This document shows positions 1 to 9,923 of a DNA stretch of 62,311 nt, in pieces. Below the pieces are notes generated by a model. The model made no database searches, was not told where the DNA came from, and saw nothing but the letters and a program-made list of their open reading frames with translations. Positions within the stretch are counted from its first letter, which is position 1; every line of letters begins with the position of its first letter. Made by a program: the position numbers and the translations under genes. The DNA is from Candidatus Thorarchaeota archaeon (GTDB lineage: Archaea; Asgardarchaeota; Thorarchaeia; Thorarchaeales; Thorarchaeaceae). Location: assembly GCA_011364905.1 (NCBI GenBank), contig RDNZ01000014.1, positions 1 through 62,311 on the forward strand, given 5' to 3'.

Positions 1-595
1 GTATTATCTCGTGTCCTGAAATTTTCAAGCCTTCAACTCGCCGCGCTGCACTCTCAAGCATGCCCATTCGATAAGTTGCAGTGCGAGGGCCAATTGCATG
101 AAGCCACTCAAGGTTGGCCATATCCAGTCGCTCATTTGCTGCAAAATAGACTTTGAGGTCTGCTCCAATCGCCCTAGAACGATCAAACATGGCGATCGTA
201 AGCCCAAGACTCGGTGCTGCAAAGCCAAGCAGTACCCAGATGAATATGAGTTGGTCTGCTCCGAAATACTCGTAGAAGAAAACAAAGCCAGTGAAGATTG
301 GTTGGACTAGTGCGAGGATGACCAGAACCAGGGACAGATGCTGAGTCACATCATCACTACCAAGTCCAGCAATGCCAATAACATCCTGGTCAGGTGGAAA
401 CAGATAGACTAGGACTCCTCCAGATGCGATTCCGACAACAATGGATGAGAATACGATGTAAGTAGAATACTGTAGAGCATGTTGAATCCAGACATCACTG
501 AAGCTGACATAAGACTGGAGGACCAATGAGAGAGAAATGGCAACAGCGCCGACTAAGAATCCTTGCCAACTGAAGAATTCGTATTTGCGTGCCAT
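1..595 (-). CDS. Hypothetical multi-pass membrane protein, 3' end runs off the window (not in ORF track)
   Basis: Manual minus-strand translation from ATG at 595: MARKYEFFSWQGFLVGAVAISLSLVLQSY...LISGHEII, open to the window edge, with ~4 hydrophobic segments and a GAGGTGA RBS upstream. Confidence 0.8.
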   Translation of the reverse strand, partial: MARKYEFFSWQGFLVGAVAISLSLVLQSYVSFSDVWIQHALQYSTYIVFSSIVVGIASGGVLVYLFPPDQDVIGIAGLGSDDVTQHLSLVLVILALVQPIFTGFVFFYEYFGADQLIFIWVLLGFAAPSLGLTIAMFDRSRAIGADLKVYFAANERLDMANLEWLHAIGPRTATYRMGMLESAARRVEGLKISGHEII

Positions 596-837
596 TATTT
601 CAGCTGACAGTGTCCTGATCACCTCTAACTATTCTATGAGTAAATAATACTCGGATGGACTTAAAGTTTCTCATGCTGCATCAATCACACTGGATTGTTT
701 ACTAATTACATGTTGTTTCTGCGCAGTTAGGCCTACCTGACACATATAGTACAATTCTTCGTACTTCAAAGGAGTAATTTATTAGTCTTCGACCAAAGCT
801 GTTGAGTAGCGTGAGAGAAGGCTTCGGAGTGGTGAGT

Positions 838-1536
838 ATGAATAACGACATAATCGTTGACCTTAATGAGGTCTCGCGAGTCTATTCAATGGGTGAGATT
901 GAAGTCCATGCCTTGAGAGGTGTTACTCTTAAGGTCAAGAAGGGCAGCGCCATTGGAATTATGGGACCCAGCGGATCTGGGAAGACTACGCTCCTCAACT
1001 TGATTGGTGCACTCGACAGGCCCACTGATGGAACTGTGATAATTGATGGAGTAAACATCACAAGGATGGGGGAAAGCGAGCTCACTAAGATTCGACGAAA
1101 CAAGCTCAGTTATGTCTTCCAGTTCTTTAATCTCCTACCTGTTCTTACTGCGTACGAGAATGTTGAACTCCCACTTCTAATTGGAGGAGTAGAAGAGGAC
1201 GCAAGGAGAGAACGCGTGGACCACCTTCTGTCCCTTGTTGGCTTGACTGAGCGAGCGGAACATCGTCCAGATGAGTTATCGGGGGGCGAACAGCAACGTA
1301 TCGCAATAGCCAGAGCGCTTGCCAAACCACCGGGGACAACCAGCTCAGTTATTGTTCTGGCTGACGAGCCTACAGGTGACCTTGACTACCACACAGGAAT
1401 AGAGATTCTGGACATTCTGGTTTCACTTACTAAAGGCGAAGGTGGGACGTTGATTACAGTAACGCATGATCCTGAAGTTGGCGAGAAGATGGATCATGTA
1501 TACAGGATGCGTGATGGTCAGATAGAAAATCCATGA
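838..1536 (+). CDS. ABC transporter ATP-binding protein, LolD/MacB/FtsE (type VII) family
   Basis: Walker A GPSGSGKTT, FQFFNL Q-loop, LSGGEQQR signature, LADEPTG Walker B, VTHD; ATG at 838 after GGTGAG (ORF track starts at 802). Confidence 0.95.
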   Translation: MNNDIIVDLNEVSRVYSMGEIEVHALRGVTLKVKKGSAIGIMGPSGSGKTTLLNLIGALDRPTDGTVIIDGVNITRMGESELTKIRRNKLSYVFQFFNLLPVLTAYENVELPLLIGGVEEDARRERVDHLLSLVGLTERAEHRPDELSGGEQQRIAIARALAKPPGTTSSVIVLADEPTGDLDYHTGIEILDILVSLTKGEGGTLITVTHDPEVGEKMDHVYRMRDGQIENP

Positions 1537-1543
1537 GGAGGCG

Positions 1544-4351
1544 TTGGTTGTGGCTGCGGTACCTGCTGGCTATGAGGCTTTTCACAGCATGAAGCGAAAG
1601 GGAGTGACTCTGCTATGTTTTCTCTTGGCCTCAGCCATGGCAATGGGCATCACTGTATATGTCGACTCCTACTCAGTCCATGAGTGGGGTAGCAACATCT
1701 CTTCTGTGGGCGATGTGTCTATCTCTGTAACAGGCCCAAATATCATCGACTATCTGGATCAGATTAGGAATATAGCTGGAATTTCGAAAGCAGCAGCCCT
1801 TCCCACATCTGAGGGATACATCGAATATTGGTTCAATTCAACATGGGGAAACTGGGTAGATACCATCCCTGGAAGAGTCATTGCAATAGATCAGGAGTTC
1901 ATGGACATATTCCCAGGGTATATAACACTGGTCGAGGGAGAACTTCCCAATGGAAACACTTCCCAGATTGCTATACCTGAGTATATAGCGTATGAGTATA
2001 ATTTCAAGGTTGAAGATGTTCTCAATTTCTCACTCGATTGGGACGGACCGTACCAGCAAGTTGAGGTCATCGGCATCTTCAACCAAGGCGGTGAAGGTTC
2101 ATCTACTGATTTCCTTTGGGGAGTTGATGAAATTGCGATTGTTGACTCTGGAGTCATGGTTTCTATAGACCATAAGATCTACATAGATATTGACAGGAAT
2201 AGAATAACACCTTTCGATCCTTCAGGCTCTTTAGCATTTGTCACTGGAATCGATAAAAAGATCCGTGAACTGGATCCATTGTATAATCCACAACGTCCGT
2301 GGTCGTCAAGATTCAGTGTTCATGATAGTATGGTAGGTGCAATTAACCAGTATATTTTCTGGGTTCAAGGAGCAAGAATGAACCAGGTTTTCAGGTCCTC
2401 GGCTATCATGGTACTAATAGTACTTGTCACCTTTTTGGCAATTCGGCACAATGTAAATGAGCGAAGATATGAGATATCTATGCTCTATTCGAGAGGAGCA
2501 TCCAGCAGCGACTTAGACAAAATCGTAAATCGTGAGATTGTTATTCTCTCTATTCTGTCATGCTTAGTTGGCATAGTCATAGGAGTTTTGGTCAGTAGAA
2601 TAGCAATAGCATCGACTGGATTCTTCAGATTCGATTTTCGCCTAATGATATCTGAGCCTTTCCTCGTTTCTCTCCAGTCCCTCATTATGTCAGCTGCTGT
2701 CGGAATCGCCTTGCCACTGATAACCCTCGGAGGATATCGCCTTATTTATTCAACAAAACGGAGCGTTGATGAAAACACTGGCAAGTTGGCAAAGCTGGTT
2801 CGAGGTTTCAATTTCATCAGATGGGACCTGCTTGTTGTATTGTTTGCAGGTCTTCTTCTTCTCACCTTGAACACAGGAGGCGTAACCGTAACAAGTAACC
2901 CCATGCTTAATCTAATTCTTCCAATAATCCCAATTCCTCTCTTCCTTGGAATGGCAAGTTTGGCGATTAAAGTGCTTAGAAGTGGAGCTGTCAGAATCTC
3001 TAGATATCTTTCGCCTATAGTTGGAAAGATCTCTGCATCAATTGGGATTCGGAGGATTGGCAAGGGAGCATCATCTGGAGGCGCTGCCGCGATGGTGTTA
3101 GTCCTTGCCATATGTCTTTCATGGAATAGTGCTATCGTCGATGCATCACTACCAGTCACCGTAGATAACCAAGCCAGACTGAGCGTTGGCGCTGATATTA
3201 CCTTCGCCCTCGATGAGTCGGAATTCGCTCTGTGGAACGAGTTCATGACCAATGTGACAAACAATGAATATGTAGTGGCAGACACGGTGGTCTCAGAGAT
3301 AGTTCTTTCCTTGACAAGTGACTATGGTGGAGCAAACACCTTCTTTGCAGTGAATCCAGTAGAGTACGCAAGCATCGGCTACTCTTTCTCAGGGACTCAT
3401 TTGAATGATTCAGAAATGGCTAGCATGTTAGTGTCCCTTGAATCAGTACCTGACGGAGCAATCATATCATCAGATATTGCTAATGACTACAATCTTGAAG
3501 TAGGCGATGTCTTGAGGGCAACGGAATTGGATTTAGAAGCACTGCCAATCTCATTCAGAATTATTGGAATTGTCACCTCGTTACCAGAAGTGCCGGATCG
3601 GGGAGATGTGTTTGACGGCTATTATCCGCCTATGGTGCCATACCCAAACTATCCATACTATCGCATTGTCGGGCAGTCAAGAGTCATGGTGAATCGTGAA
3701 TTTCTGAGTACTCAAATCGATATTCTAGCAGACACAGATTCGTTCCTTTGTGTTCAAACTGTTGGAGGAGCAAATGGAACTGAGATTGCAAATGATCTTC
3801 TTGAACAAGGGGGGATGAATGCAGTGTACTTGGGAGTTTGGGATTCTGTCAGTACTCGCGCTGATGAATACATGGGAGCTGTAAGTTACCACATGGATAG
3901 ATCTGTTGATACAATGATGACAGTCTTGACGATCGGTACAATAATGGGAGCTTTCGCGGTATACGCTCTAGAAGGGATTCGGGCAAGAAGGCGGGAGATT
4001 GCACTACTTCGGTCAAATGGAGCAAATACAGGATTGATTGTCAAAGCACAGGGAGCGGAAATGCTGGTTCTAATGCTGTTCAGCTTGGCACTCCTTTTGG
4101 TTTTTGCCCCATTGTTCTTGACGACATCTGTAAGAGCAGCCTCAAGTGGTTTGGGCTCATCATATCTGATATATCCGATATCTGTCTTCCTCGTCGTACC
4201 TTGGGTCATAGTTTTGTCAGTTCTAATGTTCCTTATTGTTTCTGTAGTACTTTTTATCGGAATCGCTGCTGTGCTAGGTTCAAGGGTCAACCTTGCGGAA
4301 ACCCTGAATGCCACATGGGCAGAAGCAGCGCCATATGGAGGTGACGTGTAG
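1544..4351 (+). CDS. Type VII ABC transporter permease, double FtsX/MacB-type
   Basis: Two FtsX modules (ERRYEISMLYSRGAS; RRREIALLRSNGA) with large extracytoplasmic domains; TTG start after GAGGAGG. Confidence 0.9.
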   Translation: MVVAAVPAGYEAFHSMKRKGVTLLCFLLASAMAMGITVYVDSYSVHEWGSNISSVGDVSISVTGPNIIDYLDQIRNIAGISKAAALPTSEGYIEYWFNSTWGNWVDTIPGRVIAIDQEFMDIFPGYITLVEGELPNGNTSQIAIPEYIAYEYNFKVEDVLNFSLDWDGPYQQVEVIGIFNQGGEGSSTDFLWGVDEIAIVDSGVMVSIDHKIYIDIDRNRITPFDPSGSLAFVTGIDKKIRELDPLYNPQRPWSSRFSVHDSMVGAINQYIFWVQGARMNQVFRSSAIMVLIVLVTFLAIRHNVNERRYEISMLYSRGASSSDLDKIVNREIVILSILSCLVGIVIGVLVSRIAIASTGFFRFDFRLMISEPFLVSLQSLIMSAAVGIALPLITLGGYRLIYSTKRSVDENTGKLAKLVRGFNFIRWDLLVVLFAGLLLLTLNTGGVTVTSNPMLNLILPIIPIPLFLGMASLAIKVLRSGAVRISRYLSPIVGKISASIGIRRIGKGASSGGAAAMVLVLAICLSWNSAIVDASLPVTVDNQARLSVGADITFALDESEFALWNEFMTNVTNNEYVVADTVVSEIVLSLTSDYGGANTFFAVNPVEYASIGYSFSGTHLNDSEMASMLVSLESVPDGAIISSDIANDYNLEVGDVLRATELDLEALPISFRIIGIVTSLPEVPDRGDVFDGYYPPMVPYPNYPYYRIVGQSRVMVNREFLSTQIDILADTDSFLCVQTVGGANGTEIANDLLEQGGMNAVYLGVWDSVSTRADEYMGAVSYHMDRSVDTMMTVLTIGTIMGAFAVYALEGIRARRREIALLRSNGANTGLIVKAQGAEMLVLMLFSLALLLVFAPLFLTTSVRAASSGLGSSYLIYPISVFLVVPWVIVLSVLMFLIVSVVLFIGIAAVLGSRVNLAETLNATWAEAAPYGGDV

Positions 4352-7222
4352 ATGTTTTTGTTCGCACGTCTCTCAGCAAGAGCTCCTGAGGTAATTACTA
4401 CGCTACTGATCTTCTCGCTTTCAAGTGGCGTATTGGGAGGAATATTATTCTACATGGACTCTACTGCTCCAACGGTACTAAAAGACATGACAGCTGATGT
4501 ACCGATTGACATGGAAGTTTCGTTCGGGCCCCGATTTTATACACAGAACACTTCTGATCCAAGCTATACATCGATGCAGGATGTTGTCGATATAGTGGAG
4601 GCGCAAGACTATGTCATCAACACAGAACCATTGACCTTTGTGAACATCTATGATTGGTATGTCGAAGACTACAGATATAGTAGAAGAGGATTTCTTGGTA
4701 TCAACTCCACTGCTTTTGAGACTTTCAAAAACGCGATACAACTGAATAGTGGCACGTTGTCATACGATAATGATTCGTGTCTTATTGAAAAGAATCTATT
4801 CCTAGGTGAGGGTCTGGAGGTTGGTGGGAACTACACACTATCTGTAACTGTAGAGGATTATTCTGATGGTAATTATTCTGTATACACAGTAGAGAGAGAC
4901 TTCACGGTTATGGGTACATTCACCTCAAATGTCTACAAGTTTATACCATTCTGGAATTCTCCTGAAGTGACTTATCTCCAACTCATAACCACTCCTGAAA
5001 TTCTAGAATCAATGTTTGACATGTTACCTCATGATGAATATAATGGCATTCAGAATAGAATTTGGGTCGAGTTTGATAAGAGTGGCATCATTCAGAACAA
5101 TGCTCAGACCATGATTGAATCTTTGGGAAATATCAAAAAACAGATAGAGCAGGAAACTCTTCCCTATGGCATTATTGACTCTGATTCATTCAAACTGCAA
5201 GATGCAGTATACGGATTTGCAGTTTGGTCAATGAGTGTTCGGGCTGTTGCAATTGCGTTTTCGATACCTTCAATCATAATGGGAATCATGCTGATTCAAT
5301 ACAACTCGAAACTGTTGGCGGATGAAAAAAGACGAGACGTTGGCACTATCAAAACAAGAGGCTCATCTGGTTTGCAGGCATTCACTTGGGTTCTTAGTAG
5401 TGCATTGACCACGGGCTTCCTAGGAAGCTTAGGTGCAGTTTTGACGGGGATCTTATCTGCGGTCCTTTCGGGATCGGTGAGGGAACTCCTTGTCTTTAGG
5501 TTTGACCAATTATCCGGATTTGTACTGCTATTGAAACCAGAAGCCATCATCATCGTATTTTCATTCTCATTCATTGTAGGTTTGATAGTCGCATTGCCAC
5601 CTGCTGTGAAAGCTCTAATTATGACACCTACTGAAGCACACGCAATCTTAGAAGGAGATATTCTCACCGAGTCGGAAGCAATGGGAAGCCCGGTGGTTGA
5701 TGTGGTGGTAGTTATTGTTGCGGGGTATCTGTTGATGATTCTCATGTTTGTGTTTGCATTCAGCGGATTGACTGCAATGGCATCCACAATGTTTGCAGTC
5801 ACAATCATACCTGTTATGGGTTTCTTTCTCTATTTCTTTACGAGATTGCTTTCCCGTGGGACAGCTACCATAAAATCAAGAGTTCTTGCGAGATTTAAGA
5901 GACCTTCGTTGGTGGTAGGTACAAAACTCATTTCAAGAACATCAAGACTGTTCAAGAAGTCTGAGGCAATAGGGACCATGTTTATTGCGATGGTCTTTAC
6001 GGCTGGTCTTTTCGCATCGCTTTCAGCAACAACCGGCGACACGCATATGAAGCAAGTCTTCTATTTTGAAACTGGAGCAGACATTGTGGTTGATGTCGAT
6101 CCGACATTGACTAATGTGACCATGAATCTAATGCAAAACATAACCGCTGTTGAAGGAGTTGCTCAAGTCAGTCCTGTCCTTTTTGTCACAGGTTATGTAC
6201 AATATTGGAATGCATATCAGTATGGAGGAGGAGAAAATGTCAATCGTTCAATCCCGGTCTATGGGGTCCAACCAAACACATGGGGAGAAACTGCATTCTG
6301 GCTGGATTATTTCACATTGCAGAACAGGCCAGCTATCTCAATCAACAGACTTAATGATTCAATAGAGAATGGAATCAACATCATTACAACATTCAAACCC
6401 GTGGATTACTACACAATTGACGAATTTACACGGATGCCAATTCCCCAGTACTCACCACAGCTTGATTTGCAGGTTTTCAGTTCTGGTTGGTATAACGAAA
6501 CAGACTGCACAATAATCGATGTTATGGCAAATAGCCTCGAAGGCTATAGTTTGCTAACATACTTTCCAGGAGAGCCAGACTTGAGCAGCTTCGTTGTTAT
6601 GGACATTAGTCTATTGCAGAACTGGATTAACAGTACTCATGTTTCCAAGATCTATGTTGCCCTTGAGCCTGGGACCAATTATACTCGGGCAATGTCTGAG
6701 ATCTATCAGATTGCTCCATATAGCTTCAACAAAATTGATTCTCCATTACAGCATATAGATGAGGTTCTTGATTCACGAGCCACCCAATCGATTTTTGGTG
6801 CATATACTCTTAATGTTGTATTCTCTCTCATTTACCTCAGTTTCGGAATGGTCATCGTTACAACGGTACGTGTAAGAAACTTGAGAAAGCAGTTCTCAGT
6901 CCTTCGGGCACTTGGAGCAAATCCGAAATCTATACTCCAAGCATCACTCATGGACACCCTAATCGGGATATCAGTTGCTGCTTTGATAGGAGGATCAATT
7001 GGCTGCATCCTTGCCATTTTGCTTAAGAACATTCCATTACTTTACATGGGTCTGACAACAACCCAGATATGGGGACGGCTTCCGGTTGCTTTAATCGTTC
7101 CCTGGTTGCTCCTTACAGGAATAATTGCGGTTGCTGTATTAGTATCGATTTTTGCAACCTATGTTGTTGTATCTAGAGCGTTAAACCTCAACATTGCTGA
7201 GGAAATTCAATACACAGGGTGA
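4352..7222 (+). CDS. Type VII ABC transporter permease, double FtsX/MacB-type (paralog)
   Basis: RRDVGTIKTRGSS and RKQFSVLRALGA FtsX motifs; same topology as upstream gene, abutting its stop. Confidence 0.9.
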   Translation: MFLFARLSARAPEVITTLLIFSLSSGVLGGILFYMDSTAPTVLKDMTADVPIDMEVSFGPRFYTQNTSDPSYTSMQDVVDIVEAQDYVINTEPLTFVNIYDWYVEDYRYSRRGFLGINSTAFETFKNAIQLNSGTLSYDNDSCLIEKNLFLGEGLEVGGNYTLSVTVEDYSDGNYSVYTVERDFTVMGTFTSNVYKFIPFWNSPEVTYLQLITTPEILESMFDMLPHDEYNGIQNRIWVEFDKSGIIQNNAQTMIESLGNIKKQIEQETLPYGIIDSDSFKLQDAVYGFAVWSMSVRAVAIAFSIPSIIMGIMLIQYNSKLLADEKRRDVGTIKTRGSSGLQAFTWVLSSALTTGFLGSLGAVLTGILSAVLSGSVRELLVFRFDQLSGFVLLLKPEAIIIVFSFSFIVGLIVALPPAVKALIMTPTEAHAILEGDILTESEAMGSPVVDVVVVIVAGYLLMILMFVFAFSGLTAMASTMFAVTIIPVMGFFLYFFTRLLSRGTATIKSRVLARFKRPSLVVGTKLISRTSRLFKKSEAIGTMFIAMVFTAGLFASLSATTGDTHMKQVFYFETGADIVVDVDPTLTNVTMNLMQNITAVEGVAQVSPVLFVTGYVQYWNAYQYGGGENVNRSIPVYGVQPNTWGETAFWLDYFTLQNRPAISINRLNDSIENGINIITTFKPVDYYTIDEFTRMPIPQYSPQLDLQVFSSGWYNETDCTIIDVMANSLEGYSLLTYFPGEPDLSSFVVMDISLLQNWINSTHVSKIYVALEPGTNYTRAMSEIYQIAPYSFNKIDSPLQHIDEVLDSRATQSIFGAYTLNVVFSLIYLSFGMVIVTTVRVRNLRKQFSVLRALGANPKSILQASLMDTLIGISVAALIGGSIGCILAILLKNIPLLYMGLTTTQIWGRLPVALIVPWLLLTGIIAVAVLVSIFATYVVVSRALNLNIAEEIQYTG

Positions 7223-7227
7223 ACATC

Positions 7228-8130
7228 ATGGCGGAAAATCTAGATGAACTCGCGGAACAATACAAAGTTGTTGTACGAGATCTAATGAAAGTCTACAAAA
7301 GAGGACAGAAAGAGGTCATAGCACTCAGAGGAGTTGATTTCGAAGTCCAAGAGGGAGAGTTTGTTTCAATCGTCGGTCCTTCAGGATCTGGCAAGTCAAC
7401 ATTGCTCAAGTTACTAGGGGCCCTGGATAAACCAACCGCAGGTATGATTCTTTTCGATGGACATAGCGTCTCGATACTTGATGATAGGAGAGCCATGCTC
7501 TATAGACGTCAAAAAGTCGGATTCATCTGGCAGGTTGGGAATCTGGTTCCTGGTCTGACTGCTTTCAAGAATGTCACACTTCCCATGAAGCTGGCAGGGG
7601 CCCCAACCAAACTTGCAAATGACAGAGCACAAATGCTGCTTGATACAATGGGTCTCGGCCCACGGGCAAATCATAAACCAAACCAGATGTCAGGCGGTGA
7701 GAATCAGAGATGCGCGATTTGTGTTGCCCTAGCAAACAATCCTGAGCTCCTTCTTGGAGATGAGATTACAGGAGAGCTTGACACTGAAACAACTGAGATG
7801 GTGATGGAGGCGCTCAAGAAGACGAACGAGGAGTTTGGTACCACTATCATAAATGTCACTCATAATCCGAAGGTTGCGGAATACGCTAATAGAGTATTGA
7901 GGATTCGAGATGGACTCATTGAGGGTCAAAGACACACTCTCTATGGCGACATTACAGAAATAGATGCAAAGGGGCGTATGGTGATTCCAGAAACCATTCG
8001 ACGTGTTGCAGGAATTGGCAAACGCGTGGTCTTAAGAGCAACATCAGAGGGTCTTCTTGTCAGTCCATTGGATACTGGTGAAAACAATAACTACATCGAC
8101 GAAAGCAATGATGAACAAGCAGAACAGTAG
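7228..8130 (+). CDS. ABC ATP-binding protein (LolD-like) with C-terminal AbrB/MraZ-like domain
   Basis: GPSGSGKST, MSGGENQR, GDEITG, VTHN; C-terminus EIDAKGRMVIPETIRRVAGI matches the AbrB/SpoVT/MraZ pattern. Confidence 0.9.
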   Translation: MAENLDELAEQYKVVVRDLMKVYKRGQKEVIALRGVDFEVQEGEFVSIVGPSGSGKSTLLKLLGALDKPTAGMILFDGHSVSILDDRRAMLYRRQKVGFIWQVGNLVPGLTAFKNVTLPMKLAGAPTKLANDRAQMLLDTMGLGPRANHKPNQMSGGENQRCAICVALANNPELLLGDEITGELDTETTEMVMEALKKTNEEFGTTIINVTHNPKVAEYANRVLRIRDGLIEGQRHTLYGDITEIDAKGRMVIPETIRRVAGIGKRVVLRATSEGLLVSPLDTGENNNYIDESNDEQAEQ

Positions 8131-8192
8131 CACTTTTTGGAATCTGAGTAAGGTCTTTATGGCAGCAGATATGAAGGGTCGGAGTGAGAATC

Positions 8193-8441
8193 ATGAGCTT
8201 TATGGAGATGCCCTGGTCGTATTATGCTACAATCGTTTCATTTGGTATCTTCTTTGCTTCTCTGAACATCTACATTTTCACACTCTGGTTATCACACCCT
8301 TTAGCGAGTCCGTACTGGCTAGTAGGTGTTGCTGTGGGAGCAATTATGCTTCTCTATTCAATCCGAATGGTCCGGATTCAGCAAGCTGAGCTGGTGGAGA
8401 AGAGGCGTCTCGAAACCGAGAATCAAGCCATTGAAGACTAG
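8193..8441 (+). CDS. Small two-TM membrane protein
   Basis: Two hydrophobic segments plus charged tail; GGAGTGA RBS. Confidence 0.7.
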   Translation: MSFMEMPWSYYATIVSFGIFFASLNIYIFTLWLSHPLASPYWLVGVAVGAIMLLYSIRMVRIQQAELVEKRRLETENQAIED

Positions 8442-8522
8442 GTTTTGAGCCAATACTCAGAATCTATTTCATCGACTGACTTTAGTGTGTTGAGGTAAAT
8501 ACCGGGACTAACAGAGACTTGT

Positions 8523-9830
8523 TCATGGAAAAACACGAGTTACAGTTCGCGGAAAGGGGATACTATCACGAATATGCTCGAGTTCCAGCATCCATGTGAT
8601 CATTCTATCAACTCCAACACCAAAACCTGAATGAGGAACGCTCCCATACCGACGAATGTCAATGTACCACTTGTATTTTTCAGGATCATCGCCAATACGG
8701 AGAAGATTATCAATCAGCCTTTGGGCATCAGTTTCTCGCTCGCTGCCGCCAATCACCTCGCCAAAACCGCGAGGCGCAAGGAGATCGCTGTTCTTGTAGG
8801 TTCTTGGGTCGTCAGGATTATGTTTCATGTAGAATGATTTGATTTCTTTTGGATAGTATTGAACGAACAGGAAGTTGTCGCTTTCCTTCGTGAGATACTC
8901 CTCAGCTTCAGCGCGGATATCATCGCCCCATTTGATATCAATCCCTGCCTTTTGGCATGACTCTATAGCATCTGCATAAGTCATCCTATCAAAAGGAGGA
9001 TTCACAGCAAGTAGACGGGCTGCGTCAAGACCCAACTCATTCAGCTCGAGGTTGCGATTCTTTGCCACCGCGTGACACATGTAGGAGATGAGTTCCTCCT
9101 GCCTCTTCATGTTACAATCGTGGTCGCACCAAGCCTCTTCCACTTCGAGGTGCCAAAACTCAGTGACGTGTTTCCGCGTCCGAGATTTTTCAGCCCTGAA
9201 TGAAGGCGCTAGGATGAAGACTTTCTCCATGGCAAATAGCTGCGGCTCAAGATGCATCTGACTCGTCTGGGTCATATACATCTTCTTTCCGAAGTAGTCA
9301 ACCTCGAAGAGCTCGGCTCCTTCCTCACCCATTGTGGACACAAACATTGGGCAGGTTGTTTCATAGAAACCGTTGTTTCTCAGATACTCTCGAGTTGCTC
9401 GGAATACCTCGTCTCGAATCTTTAGGACATTTGTAAGCTTTCGTGATCTCATCCATAGGTGACGATTGTCGTTCAAGAACTCCGTACTTTGATGCTCTGT
9501 TATGGGAAATTCCTCTGCAAAGTGAAGGACTTCAAATTTCTCGACTTGAATCTCATATCCTCCCTCTGCACGTGAATCCGCCTTGACAACACCTTCCATC
9601 GTTACCAAGGACTCGATTAACATCTTCTCAGCATCGGCGTATTCTTGTTCGCTGACAACTGTCTTCTTGATGACAGTCTGTACAACACCCGAAGGGTCTC
9701 GTAGAAGTACAAATACCATCTTCTTTTGCTTGCGAATACGATGGACCCATCCCCTAAGATGGACCTTCTTGCCTTCATATTTCCCTTCAAGCACGTCACT
9801 GACGTGGATATAGCTCACTATTTTCACCAA
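8523..9830 (-). CDS. asnS: Asparagine--tRNA ligase
   Basis: N-terminal OB fold (LRGWVHRIR), motif 2 FRAEKSRTRKHVTEFWHLE, GEVIGGSERE, motif 3 PHSGFGVGVDR. Confidence 0.93.
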   Translation of the reverse strand: MVKIVSYIHVSDVLEGKYEGKKVHLRGWVHRIRKQKKMVFVLLRDPSGVVQTVIKKTVVSEQEYADAEKMLIESLVTMEGVVKADSRAEGGYEIQVEKFEVLHFAEEFPITEHQSTEFLNDNRHLWMRSRKLTNVLKIRDEVFRATREYLRNNGFYETTCPMFVSTMGEEGAELFEVDYFGKKMYMTQTSQMHLEPQLFAMEKVFILAPSFRAEKSRTRKHVTEFWHLEVEEAWCDHDCNMKRQEELISYMCHAVAKNRNLELNELGLDAARLLAVNPPFDRMTYADAIESCQKAGIDIKWGDDIRAEAEEYLTKESDNFLFVQYYPKEIKSFYMKHNPDDPRTYKNSDLLAPRGFGEVIGGSERETDAQRLIDNLLRIGDDPEKYKWYIDIRRYGSVPHSGFGVGVDRMITWMLELEHIRDSIPFPRTVTRVFP

Positions 9831-9923
9831 ATTTCTAGCGTTTCATGACTTTAGATAGTCATGACTCACGTGTTCTCTTGTGTTAGAGATAAAAGGCTGG
9901 CGGTTTCATGCGTTACAACCAGC

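Noticed and set aside
98-310. ORF-track 70-aa Cys-containing ORF on the plus strand
   Set aside because: Antisense shadow of the longer minus-strand membrane protein gene (1-595)
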